Assembly: GCA_051362555.1 (NCBI GenBank)
Contig: CM120640.1
Coordinates: 30,895,967 to 30,959,966 of the forward strand
DNA from: Lingula anatina
Taxonomy: Eukaryota; Animalia; Brachiopoda
DNA length: 64,000 bases
Reading direction: 5' to 3'
Part shown: positions 30,001-42,751 of the stretch, in pieces
Layout: every line of letters begins with the position of its first letter
Position numbering within the stretch: position 1 is the stretch's first letter
The notes under the pieces: generated by a model
What the model was told of the DNA's origin: nothing
What the model saw: the letters and a program-made list of their open reading frames with translations, nothing else
The model's database searches: none
Position numbers and translations under genes: made by a program

Positions 30001-33000
30001 ACTACCTCTGCAAGATGCAGATTAGCCCTTTCTGGAAGGGGTTGTTGTTATCACAATACTCAACAAGGCCCTAAATCTTGCCAAATATCATGTATTGTAC
30101 ACATGGAGAAGACACAGTGCTGCTCTTGGTGGTATCTTTCACTGCCTGCTTTTTCAGCTTTTTCATGGTGAGGGTACTCTGAAACAAGAACAATATAACT
30201 GAAAGGACTGAAAATTACATTTGAAAAGAATGACAAATTCGGTGACTCAATTAAAATAGTTAAACGTTAATAATTTTGTCTGATCTAGTCCAATATTTCT
30301 GAAATTTGTACAAATGATGCTTAAATACAATAAAAATCTGTGATAAGGTGATCAGTTGTCTGTGTCTAATGAAAAGTGTTTTTTGGGACAACATATTTGC
30401 AAAAACCAAAAATTACATTGAAAAGACTGGGAATTCGCAGGACTTGAAATAGTTAAACGTTAATAATTTTGTCTAAACTAGTCCAATATTTCTGAAATTT
30501 GTACAAATGATGCTAAACAACAATAAAAATCAGTGATAAGCTGATCAGTTGTCTGTGTCTAATGAAAAGTGTTTTTTGGGACAACATATTTGGGAAAACC
30601 AAAAATTACATTGAAAAGACTGGGAATTTGCAGCACTTGAAATAGTTAAACGTTAATAATTTTGTCTAAACTAGTCCAATATTTCTGAAATTTGTACAAA
30701 TGATGCTTAACAACAATAAAAATCTGTGATAAGCTGATCATTTGTCTGTGTCTAATGAAAAGTGTTTTTTGGGACAACATAGTTGGGAAAACTGAAAATT
30801 ACATTGAAAAGACTGGCAAATCCCAGGACTTAAAATAGTTAAACATTAATAATTTTGTCAAATCTGGTCCAATATTTATGAAATTTGTACAAATGATGCT
30901 TAACAACAATAGAAATCTGTGATAAGCTGATCAGTTATCTGAGTCTTTTTTTTCTAAGTGTCAAGTGTATGGGAAATTGATCATCAGAAGAGTGAGAATT
31001 AACCAAAACAAATATTTCAATATTGCAATGTATTATTTACTCTGAAAGTAAACAGCAAATGTGATGATTTGAGGTTGTTTGTGTAAGAGGTTGCAAATTA
31101 CCTATAACTGTCATCTGGAAAACAATATATACCCATACAAGAGTTCTCCTTACTACCTCTGCAAGATGCAGATTAGTCCTTTCTGGAAGGGGTTGTTGTT
31201 ATCACAATACTCAACAAGGCCTTAAATCTTGCCAAATATCATGTATTGTACACATGGAGAAGACACAGTGCTGCTCTTGGTGGTATCTTTCACTGCCTGC
31301 TTTTTCAGCTTTTTCATGGTGAGGGTACTCTGAAACAAGAACAATATAACTGAAAGGACTGAAAATTACATTTGAAAAGAATGACAAATTCGGTGACTTA
31401 ATTAAAATAGTTAAATGTTAATAATTTTGTGAAATCTTGTCCTATATATCTGAAATTTCTACAAATGATGCTTAACAACAATAGAAATCTGTGATAAGCT
31501 GATCAGTTGTCTGTATTGAATGAAAAGTGTTTTTTAGGACAATATATTTGCGAAAACCAAAAATTACATTGAAAAGACTGGGAATTCGCAGGACTTGAAA
31601 TAGTTAAACGTTAATAATTTTGTCTAAACTAGTCCAATATTTCTGAAATTTGTACAAATGATGCTTAACAACAATAAAAATCTGTGATAAGCTGATCAGT
31701 TGTCTGTGTCTAATGAAAAGTGTTTTTTGGGACAACATAGTTGGGAAAACTGAAAATTACATTGAAAAGACTGGCAAAACCCAGACCTTAAAATAGTTAA
31801 ACATTAATAATTTTGTCAAATCTGTTCCAATATTTATGAAATTTGAACAAATGATGCTTAACAACAATAGAAATCTGTGATAAGCTGATCAGTTATCTGA
31901 GTCTTTTTTTTAAAGTGTCAAGTGTATGGGAAATTGATTATCAGAAGAGTGAGAATTAACCAAAACAAATATTTCAATATTGCAATGTATTATTTACTCT
32001 GAAAGTAAACAACAAATGTGATGATTTGAGGTTGTTTGTGTAAGAGGTTGCAAATTTCCTACAACTGTCATCTGGAAAACAATATATACCCATACAAGAG
32101 TTCTCCTTACTACCTCTGCAAGATGCAGATTAGCCCTTTCTGGAAGGGGTTGTTGTTATCACAATACTCAACAAGGCCCTAAATCTTGCCAAATATCATG
32201 TATTGTACACATGGAGAAGACACAGTGCTGCTCTTGGTGGTATCTTTCACTGCCTGCTTTTTCAGCTTTTTCATGGTGAGGGTACTCTGAAACAAGAACA
32301 ATATAACTGAAAGGACTGAAAATTACATTTGAAAAGAATGACAAATTCGGTGACTCAATTAAAATAGTTAAACGTTAATAATTTTGTCTGATCTAGTCCA
32401 ATATTTCTGAAATTTGTACAAATGATGCTTAACAACAATAAAAATCTGTGATAAGGTGATCAGTTGTCTGTGTCTAATGAAAAGTGTTTTTTGGGACAAC
32501 ATATTTGCAAAAACCAAAAATTACATTGAAAAGACTGGGAATTTGCAGCACTTGAAATAGTTAAACGTTAATAATTTTGTCTAAACTAGTCCAATATTTC
32601 TGAAATTTGTACAAATGATGCTTAACAACAATAAAAATCTGTGATAAGCTGATCATTTGTCTGTGTCTAATGAAAAGTGTTTTTTGGGACAACATAGTTG
32701 GGAAAACTGAAAATTACATTGAAAAGACTGGCAAATCCCAGGACTTAAAATAGTTAAACATTAATAATTTTGTCAAATCTGGTCCAATATTTATGAAATT
32801 TGTACAAATGATGCTTAACAACAATAGAAATCTGTGATAAGCTGATCAGTTATCTGAGTCTTTTTTTTAAGTGTCAAGTGTATGGGAAATTGATCATCAG
32901 AAGAGTGAGAATTAACCAAAACAAATATTTCAATATTGCAATGTATTATTTACTCTGAAAGTAAACAGCAAATGTGATGATTTGAGGTTGTTTGTGTAAG

Positions 33001-36000
33001 AGGTTGCAAATTACCTATAACTGTCATCTGGAAAACAATATATACCCATACAAGAGTTCTCCTTACTACCTCTGCAAGATGCAGATTACTCCTTTCTGGA
33101 AGGGGTTGTTGTTATCACAATACTCAACAAGGCCTTAAATCTTGCCAAATATCATGTATTGTACACATGGAGAAGACACAGTGCTGCTCTTGGTGGTATC
33201 TTTCACTGCCTGCTTTTTCAGCTTTTTCATGGTGAGGGTACTCTGAAACAAGAACAATATAACTGAAAGGACTGAAAATTACATTTGAAAAGAATGACAA
33301 ATTCGATGACTCAATTAAAATAGTTAAACGTTAATAATTTTGTCTGATCTAGTCCAATATTTCTGAAATTTGTACAAATGATGCTTAACAACAATAAAAA
33401 TCTGTGATAAGGTGATCAGTTGTCTGTGTCTAATGAAAAGTGTTTTTTGGGACAACATATTTGCAAAAACCAAAAATTACATTGAAAAGACTGGGAATTC
33501 GCAGGACTTGAAATAGTTAAATGTTAATAATTTTGTCTAAACTAGTCCAATATTTCTGAAATTTGTACAAATGATGCTTAACAACAATAAAAATCTGTGA
33601 TAAGCTGATCAGTTGTCTGTGTCTAATGAAAAGTGTTTTTTGGGACAACATATTTGGGAAAACCAAAAATTACATTGAAAAGACTGGGAATTTGCAGCAC
33701 TTGAAATAGTTAAACGTTAATAATTTTGTCTAAACTAGTCCAATATTTCTGAAATTTGTACAAATGATGCTTAACAACAATAAAAATCTGTGATAAGCTG
33801 ATCATTTGTCTGTGTCTAATGAAAAGTGTTTTTTGGGACAACATAGTTGGGAAAACTGAAAATTACATTGAAAAGACTGGCAAATCCCAGGACTTAAAAT
33901 AGTTAAACATTAATAATTTTGTCAAATCTGGTCCAATATTTATGAAATTTGTACAAATGATGCTTAACAACAATAGAAATCTGTGATAAGCTGATCAGTT
34001 ATCTGAGTCTTTTTTTTTAAGTGTCAAGTGTATGGGAAATTGATCATCAGAAGAGTGAGAATTAACCAAAACAAATATTTCAATATTGCAATGTATTATT
34101 TACTCTGAAAGTAAACAGCAAATGTGATGATTTGAGGTTGTTTGTGTAAGAGGTTGCAAATTTCCTATAACTGTCAGCTGGAAAACAATATATACCCATA
34201 CAAGAGTTCTCCTTACTACCTCTGCAAGATGCAGATTAGTCCTTTCTGGAAGGGGTTGTTGTTATCACAATACTCAACAAGGCCTTAAATCTTGCCAAAT
34301 ATCATGTATTGTACACATGGAGAAGACACAGTGCTGCTCTTGGTGGTATCTTTCACTGCCTGCTTTTTCAGCTTTTTCATGGTGAGGGTACTCTGAAACA
34401 AGAACAATATAACTGAAAGAACTGATAATTACATTTGAAAAGAATGACAAATTCGGTGACTTAATTAAAATAGTTAAATGTTAATAATTTTGTGAAATCT
34501 TGTCCTATATATCTGAAATTTCTACAAATGATGCTTAACAACAATAGAAATCTGTGATAAGCTGATGAGTTGTCTGTGTCTAATGAAAAGTGTTTTTTGG
34601 GACAACATATTTGGGAAAACTGAAAATTACATGAAAAAGACTGGGAATTTGCAGGACTTGAAATAGTTAAACGTTAATAATTTTGTCTAAAGTAGTCCAA
34701 TATTTCTGAAATTTGTACAAATGATGCTTAACAACAATAAAAATCTGTGATAAGCTGATCATTTGTCTGTGTCTAATGAAGAGTGTTTTTTGGGACAACA
34801 TAGTTGGGAAAACTGAAAATTACATTGAAAAGACTGGCAAAACCCAGACCTTAAAATAGTTAAACATTAATAATTTTGTCAAATCTAGTCCAATATTTAT
34901 GAAATTTGTACAAATGATGCTTAACAACAATAGAAATCTGTGATAAGCTGATCAGATATCTGAGTCTTTTTTTTTAAGTGTCAGGTGTATGGGAAATTGA
35001 TCATCAGAAGAGTGACAATTAACCAAAACAAATATTTCAATATTGCAATGTATTATTTACTCTGAAAGTAAACAGCAAATGTGATGATTTGAGGTTGTTT
35101 GTGTAAGAGGTTGCAAATTACCTATAACTGTCATCTGGAAAACAATATATACCCATACAAGAGTTCTCCTTACTACCTCTGCAAGATGCAGATTACTCCT
35201 TTCTGGAAGGGGTTGTTGTTATCACAATACTCAACAAGTAAATCTTGCCAAATATCATGTATTGTACACATGGAGAAGACACAGTGCTGCTCTTGGTAGT
35301 ATGTTTCACTGCCTGCTTTTTCAGCTTTTTCATGGTGAGGGTACTCTGAAACAAGAACAATATAACTGAAAGGACTGAAAATTACATTTGAAAAGAATGA
35401 CAAATTCGGTGACTCAATTAAAATAGTTAAACGTTAATAATTTTGTCTGATCTAGTCCAATATTTCTGAAATTTGTACAAATGATGCTTAACAACAATAA
35501 AAATCTGTGATAAGCTGATCAGTTGTCTGTGTCTAATGAAAAGTGTCTTTTGGGACAACATATTTGGGGAAACCAAAAATTACATTGAAAAGACTGGGAA
35601 TTTGCAGCACTTGAAATAGTTAAACGTTAATAATTTTGTCTAAACTAGTCCAATATTTCTGAAATTTGTACAAATGATGCTTAACAACAATAAAAATCTG
35701 TGATAAGCTGATCATTTGTCTGTGTCTAATGAAAAGTGTTTTTTGGGACAACATAGTTGGGAAAACTGAAAATTACATTGAAAAGACTGGCAAATCCCAG
35801 GACTTAAAATAGTTAAACATTAATAATTTTGTCAAATCTGGTCCAATATTTATGAAATTTGTACAAATGATGCTTAACAACAATAGAAATCTGTGATAAG
35901 CTGATCAGTTATCTGAGTCTTTTTTTTTTTAAGTGTCAAGTGTATGGGAAATTGATCATCAGAAGAGTGAGAATTAACCAAAACAAATATTTCAATATTG

Positions 36001-38055
36001 CAATGTATTATTTACTCTGAAAGTAAACAGCAAATGTGATGATTTGAGGTTGTTTGTGTAAGAGGTTGCAAATTACCTATAACTGTCATCTGGAAAACAA
36101 TATATACCCATACAAGAGTTCTCCTTACTACCTCTGCAAGATGCAGATTACTCCTTTCTGGAAGGGGTTGTTGTTATCACAATACTCAACAAGGCCTTAA
36201 ATCTTGCCAAATATCATGTATTGTACACATGGAGAAGACACAGTGCTGCTCTTGGTGGTATCTTTCACTGCCTGCTTTTTCAGCTTTTTCATGGTGAGGG
36301 TACTCTGAAACAAGAACAATATAACTGAAAGGACTGATAATTACATTTGAAAAGAATGACAAATTCGGTGACTTAATTAAAATAGTTAAATGTTAATAAT
36401 TTTGTGAAATCTTGTCCTATATATCTGAAATTTCTACAAATGATGCTTAACAACAATAGAAATCTGTGATAAGCTGATGAGTTGTCTGTGTCTAATGAAA
36501 AGTGTTTTTTGGGACAACATATTTGGGAAAACTGAAAATTACATGAAAAAGACTGGGAATTTGCAGGACTTGAAATAGTTAAACGTTAATAATTTTGTCT
36601 AAAGTAGTCCAATATTTCTGAAATTTGTACAAATGATGCTTAACAACAATAAAAATCTGTGATAAGCTGATCATTTGTCTGTGTCTAATGAAGAGTGTTT
36701 TTTGGGACAACATAGTTGGGAAAACTGAAAATTACATTGAAAAGACTGGCAAAACCCAGACCTTAAAATAGTTAAACATTAATAATTTTGTCAAATCTAG
36801 TCCAATATTTATGAATTTTGTACAAATGATGCTTAACAACAATAGAAATCTGTGATAAGCTGATCAGTTATCTGAGTCTTTTTTTTTTAAGTGTCAAGTG
36901 TATGGGAAATTGATCATCAGAAGAGTGAGAATTAACCAAAACAAATATTTCAATATTGCAATGTATTATTTACTCTGAAAGTAAACAGCAAATGTGATGA
37001 TTTGAGGTTGTTTGTGTAAGAGGTTGCAAATTACCTATAACTGTCATCTGGAAAACAATACATACCCATACAAGAGTTCTCCTTACTACCTCTGCAAGAT
37101 GCAGATTACTCCTTTCTGGAAGGGGTTGTTGTTATCACAATACTCAACAAGTAAATCTTGCCAAATATCATGTATTGTACACATGGAGAAGACACAGTGC
37201 TGCTCTTGGTAGTATGTTTCACTGCCTGCTTTTTCAGCTTTTTCATGGTGAGGGTACTCTGAAACAAGAACAATATAACTGAAAGGACTGAAAATTTCAT
37301 TTGAAAAGAATGACAAATTGGGTGACTTAATTAATATAGTTAAACGTTAATAATTTTGTCAAATCTAGGCCAATATTTCTGAAATTTGTACAAATGATGC
37401 TTCACAACAATAAAAATCTGTGATAAGCTGATCAGTTGTCTGTGTCTAATGAAAAGTGTTTTTTGGGACAACATATTTGGGAAAACTGAAAATTACATTG
37501 AAAAGACTGGGAATTTGCAGGACTTGAAATAGTCAAACGTTAATAATTTTGTCAAATCTTGTCCTATATTTCTGAAATTTGTACAAATGATGCTTAACAA
37601 TAATAAAAATCTGTGATAAGCTGATCAGTTATCTGAGTCTTTTTTTTAAGTGTCAAGTGTATGGGAAATTGATCAACAGAAGAGTGAGAATTAACCAAAA
37701 CAAATATTTCAATATTGCAATGTATTATTTACTCTGAAAGTAAACAGCAAATGTGATGATTTGAGGTTGTTTGTGTAAGAGGTTGCAAATTACCTATAAC
37801 TGTCATCTGGAAAACAATATATACCCATACAAGAGTTCTCCTTACTACCTCTGCAAGATGCAGATTACTCCTTTCTGGAAGGGGTTGTTGTTATCACAAT
37901 ACTCAACAAGGCCCTAAATCTTGCCAAATATCATGTATTGTTCACATGGAGAAGACACAGTGCTGCTCTTGGTGGTATCTTTCACTGCCTGCTTTTTCAG
38001 CTTTTTCATGGTGAGGGTACTCTGAAAGAAGAACAATATAACTGAAAGGACTGAA
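1..38055. repeat. Compound tandem array (macrosatellite): [module A + n x 193-bp module B], about 34 units; runs off the left edge of the window
   Basis: The anchor poly-T+'aagtgtcaagtgtatgg' recurs at about 845, 2190, 3342, 4107, 5260, 6605, 7177, 8327, 10440, 11396, 12545, 14658, 15614, 16764, 17915, 18871, 20020, 21171, 22517, 23089, 24046, 26157, 27308, 28654, 29805, 30956, 31913, 32869, 34019, 34976, 35931, 36889 and 37648. Spacings cluster at about 572, 765, 957, 1151, 1345 and 2113 bp. Confidence 0.97.
140..844. repeat. Example block of the 193-bp sub-repeat (module B)
   Basis: 'gtaca' of 'aaatttgtacaaat' falls at 196, 389, 582 and 775 (period 193). Variants include 'ggcaaatcccaggccttaaaa' and 'gggaattcgcaggacttgaaa'. 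Confidence 0.95.
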
Positions 38056-38405
38056 TTTTGTATTTGTGTCTTCCACAACTGGGTGAGATGAAAGGATATT
38101 CCTGCAGCTGCCATTTCCTGTCTATTTCACACATCGGAGTTGTGGTGATTGAACTGTGATAAGTTAAAAATGACCTTGTCTTTTGGAGGCTACTGGACAC
38201 CATTGTGACTGTTGAAACTATCACAATCTCAGACTGATCACAGTTAAATCAACAGAATTCTGTCAAATCTGCTTGGATTATTTGTGGAATTTACACACAA
38301 ACTAACTAAACACAATAACTTTAGAAATCTGGGATAACTATACCAGGTGGCTGTGCCTTATTTTGTGAGGAGTAAAGAAGTGCAAAAAAATTATTAAATT
38401 TTAAT

Positions 38406-39425
38406 ATAATAATAATAATAATAATAAATTAAGATTCTTATATGGCGCCTTACATTCTATCTCAAGGCGCCTTACAATAATGGCTAATATACTAAAATCA
38501 TTAAAATGACTACAATATTTTAATCATAAACTCTCATTGGAAACCATTTAAAATTTACACTACTAAAAATCAATCTTATTAAAAAACATATATATATTTA
38601 AATAAAATCTAAGAGATATAGACAGAATTAAAAATGTGGGTCTTTAAAAGAGATTTAAAATTGTCAAAGTCTTCTGTTTTTCTAATAAAATTTGGTAGAC
38701 CATTCCACACTTTTGGGGCGTAGATTATAAAAGCACGATCTCCATAACTTTTTAGGCACCCCTTCTCTAAAACAGAATGTTCTAAAATAAAATCATTCTC
38801 AGTATTAAAACGTGTGGACCGCCGTGGTAAGTTAAAACAGATAAGATCAGATAAATATAATGGTCCTTGTGAATGGATCGCCTTAAAAATAATACAGAGT
38901 ACTTTAAAATCAATCCTCTGCTTCACAGGCAGCCAGTGTAATTCTTTCAGAATGGGAGTGATATGGTGTGTACTATTGTACTTAATTTGACAAACCAGTC
39001 TTGCAGCTGAGTTTTGAATAACTTGTAACTTTTTAATCTGATAGTCACAAATACCAAAGAGGAGACTATTGCAGTAATCTAATCTTGATGATATAAATGC
39101 ATGTACTAATTTTTCAGTGGTTTTGTTATCTAACACTTTCCTTATTTTACCAATGCGCCATAGTGCATAAGATGCTGATTTACACACTTCAGATACACGC
39201 TTGCCCATAGTGCCATTTTCATCGAGGGTAACTCCCAGATCTTTTACAGAACTAGATGGTTTTATAAGAACATCTCCTATGCAAATGTTGGCATTTGCTA
39301 CATTTTTTCTATTTGCCTTGAACCTTGATGTAAACCATATCAACTCAGTCTTACTATCATTTAAAGCCAACATGTTCACTTTCATCCATTCTCGAATCTC
39401 TGCAAGACAAGTCTCCATAAGTCTT
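38406..39425 (-). mobile_element. 5'-truncated non-LTR retrotransposon (L2/CR1 group LINE) with 3' tail
   Basis: Contains the ORF2 C-terminal region, then a 3' UTR with 'ggcgccttga...aaggcgccatataa' and an (ATT)n tail (seen as aataataat at 38406-38427 on +), typical of L2-group 3' ends. Confidence 0.88.
38609..39418 (-). pseudogene. LINE ORF2 C-terminal fragment (RT thumb and C-terminal region), 269 aa; lacks the endonuclease and the RT catalytic core
   Basis: Motifs WMxxNxLxLNxxKTE, VKDLGVTLD, LVHAFISSRLDYCNSLL, KLQxIQNSAARL, HITPILKELHWLPV and FKSLLKTHIF. An in-frame stop lies just upstream. Confidence 0.9.
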
Positions 39426-40239
39426 TAAAGAAACACAAAATACGATCACTGTTTTGTTGATCTAAAGGGGAAGGATAAGAGACAAATTTTGTGTTACATG
39501 GCTTGTAAAACAAAACCAAGTGTTTATTTTGTGTATTACCTGCAATCAGTTCTGTTCCCATCTTGGAAATGGGTGACCTGAGGGAAGTCATGTCACTACT
39601 CCACTTTAGGTCCAATAAATTTCATCCCAAATGGACCACATCAAGCAGGCCACTATGTAGACACATGACACTGTACAACAACTGTCAAATTGTGTGTGTG
39701 AACTAGAAAAAAAAAGATAAACATTCATTAAATATTCAACAATGGCCAACAGTGATTCACAGAACATGTAGATTACAAGGAAAGGGGTGGGATTTAGTTT
39801 TTCTTTATTTGCCAGGAGACAAGGCTATCCCCAGTGAGGCCACCAGTTGGACAGCCCATGGCATCAAAAGACTATATTTTCAAAAATGGCTGAAGAAATT
39901 TTAGGGGAATATATATAATGGCAGGTTGGTTAGTCAGTACTGCCTGTGGACAATCTAGCACATTATCAAAATGTATTTTCTTTCAACAAAATGTCCAGAA
40001 AGAGAAGCACATTTTCAGAAAGAAATTTCTTTAAAGACTGTGAATGTCAAAACCAGTATGTTATTAGTACATACATGTACATGTATATGCATGTATGTCT
40101 GAACTGGATGTGGTACTCGGCACATGTCAAACATGGCAGCTTCCTCGTCTTCATGGTTTTTGTACTTTCAAAACTCAATAAAAAAAGGGATCCAAAGTTT
40201 ACCCTTTTGCAGATGATGACACTTAAATATTTTGAATAA

Positions 40240-40552
40240 TGTACAATGATATTGAGGACTGTGCAAAATTACAGGAGGATATACAAATGAAGTTTACAAT
40301 TGGACTGAAAACTCACTTCTTAAGTTGCATCCAGATAAATGTAAATCTAAGCACATTTCTAGCTCTAGGACCTCAGACAATCATGTGTATAAACTTGGTT
40401 CCCCAGGAATAGATCCACATCCAGTCAGCAAAGAAAAGGACATAGGAGTCACCACTGATCATAATTTAACTTTTGACCAACATATGAATGAGAAAATTAA
40501 CAAAGCAAACATAATTCTTGGTACTTTATGCAAAACTTTCTCTTACATAGCA
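40240..40552 (+). mobile_element. Degenerate CR1-like LINE RT fragment
   Basis: Frameshifted translation DCAKLQEDI../VYNWTENSLLKLHPDKCK..EKDIGV..DHNLTFDQHMNEKINKANIILG..KTFSY matches the post-YADD region of CR1-type RTs. Confidence 0.75.
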
Positions 40553-40986
40553 ATTAAGGTAAGAATCACTTTTATTATCATCATAGACACCAAAGGGAAA
40601 CTCTACACTTACATACTGGTATATAAAATTAAAGGAAGGACCTGGGGTTTTTGAAAAAAAAAAAAAATTAAAAATTCCATACATTTTCATGTTATTTTTA
40701 TGGTGAAATTGCTTTAATTTTGGCAAGCTATGAAAATGAAAATTTGAAAACTAGATCTTTTTTGGATATCATTTTTAAAAAATTAAATTTCCCCGATTAG
40801 GCCCTCTCCTCTTCTTGATCGGGAGTCCATCGGAGATATAAAAGTTACCATGTTAAGTAATCATATTAATATATTTGTTTACTTTATTATCATTATTATT
40901 CATTTACATATTACTTTACAAATATACTGCCCCACAATAGCATCGTGGCACCTGCAGTCACTTCACTGTAAATAGCACTTATCACA

Positions 40987-41006
40987 TCTCTCTCTCTCTC
41001 TCTCTC
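40987..41006. repeat. (CT)n microsatellite
   Basis: Direct reading. Confidence 0.9.
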
Positions 41007-41618
41007 GAAAGCCCCGCCCAACTGCCGCATTCAACTCTCATGTCTAGCAGAACCAGATCACAACAACAAAGTACTCAACCTTCTGTCATCAAGAATCGAG
41101 GAATGTCTTGCTACTTATATCATACCTTTATGGAAAATTGTAAATATATATATCTGGTCCTTCATTAACGTGTGAGTGTTTCCGCTACCCTGAACTACGT
41201 ATGTAGGTCAAAGAAGTAAAAGCTAGAAGACACGCAGTGAATACATGTACTCGGTCACAACCATATATTATATGTAGACCGCCTATGTCTTGCTATGCTC
41301 TCAAGTTATTATATCTTTTGATAATTCATTAAAAAAATTGATATAGAATATAATTATTGCATATATATATCTGTTTTTCTTTTCTTTAATTTTTTTTTTA
41401 TTCAACTTTTCTGGATTAAAAGCACTGCTAACACACCGCATATTTGAAGGATATTCACATTTATATTTATTAAATTACCTTTAAAAGTAAATTACATGCA
41501 TTTGAATACACCTTAAAGTCATTTGCAGGCCCTATGCCTAAAATTCCTGTAAGCTAAACGTAGGGCCTACTTTATTAAAGGGGTATAATGAGATGCACGT
41601 TTATTTTACTGATAGGCT

Positions 41619-41814
41619 CCCAGAAAGCATGTCGCCGGTGGGCCGACGTTGGGCCGCCGACTCCAACTACGTCGGCCCACCAGCTACTGTCGCCAGTGGG
41701 CCTACGTTGGCCTGACCATCGGTCCAACGTTGGCCCACCAGCGACATACAACTTGAGCGGCCCAACGTCGGCCCACCAGCGACAGTAGCAGGTGGGTCGA
41801 CGTAGGTCCACCGC
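41619..41814 (+). mobile_element. Left terminus of a CMC/EnSpm(CACTA)-like DNA transposon with subterminal repeats
   Basis: Starts CCCAGAAAGCA (animal EnSpm-like CCCAG end), followed by about 6 GC-rich semi-palindromic motifs of the type GGCCNACGTYGGCCCACC in both orientations. No matching right end was found in the window. Confidence 0.6.
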
Positions 41815-42751
41815 TTTTTTTTTCTTTATTATTCATTAATTAATTGATTTATTAATTTTTGGATAATTATATTATCATTATTATTGTCATATATAATGGA
41901 CAAAATACAATGTGATATTTCAAAAGTGTTTATTCTTCTGTAATATTAAAGTACTGTAGCTACATGTTGTATATTTTTCGCGATGCAATACATGTAGGCC
42001 TACTTTCTAACTAACGACGAGGGTCCTATGGGGTGGGGGGGTGGGGTTCACGGGAAAAATCATCAAATAATAAATTATAGAGAATACATCTTTATTCATA
42101 TCTCATCGAAAATGCGAGCATCGAACTTTTAAAAAATATTTTATTATTATTTTTCAATTTTACAAACCGGGAGCCGCCAGTTATTTACATGTGTTATTTA
42201 ATATAAACATTCCAGGCAATTTCCGAGACATTAGACATCATAGGCTTTCTGACAAGTTTTTCCACTTTAGTAAAAATAAACTAGATCAATTAGAGTATAT
42301 GTGAGATGGTACCGGTGCTGCGAGCGAGCGACAGTAAAAAAGTTTTACAATTGAGTCCTTTCTATATGTTTTTGTCCCAGAATTTTGATTGTAGATTTTC
42401 TTTTCCAAATCATTATTGTTATGGAAGAAGGGGGAGCAGCATGAGATCTTAAGATCGAAAGGAGTCCTTGAAGAATGAACAGCTTTGTTAATAGAAATCA
42501 CCGCCAAATGTATTGACATCTACTGTTTATATACTCTGCAACACATCTTACTACCGCAGAAACACTGTATGTTAATACCAAAGCGTTGTTTTAAGGCCGG
42601 TGTGCCAACAATAAATCATACATTTTTTTAATTTTATGGTTTACGCTGGTGTATTTTTTTTCTGTCACAGACCGATTAAAACATTCCCAAAACAAAATGA
42701 CGAAAAAAAAATGAAACCATGATCTAGAGACCGAAGAACACTGCAGTCTTC

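Noticed and set aside
35099-37316. Plus- and minus-strand 64-76 aa ORFs in edge units as real genes
   Set aside because: They are created by a 4-nt deletion in two repeat copies, and their starts lie in intron-like or non-ATG context.
1-38055. CRISPR array or prokaryotic repeat system
   Set aside because: There are no unique spacers (the whole unit repeats), the monomers are far too long, no cas genes are present, and the context is eukaryotic (introns, LINEs, microsatellites).
1-38055. Dscam-like array of functional mutually exclusive coding exons
   Set aside because: Copies are near-identical rather than diversified, most carry in-frame stops in all frames, and no invariant strong donor was identified.
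41575-41811. Overlapping ORFs with repeated WADVGP motifs
   Set aside because: These are translations of GC-rich palindromic subterminal repeats, open on both strands because of composition.
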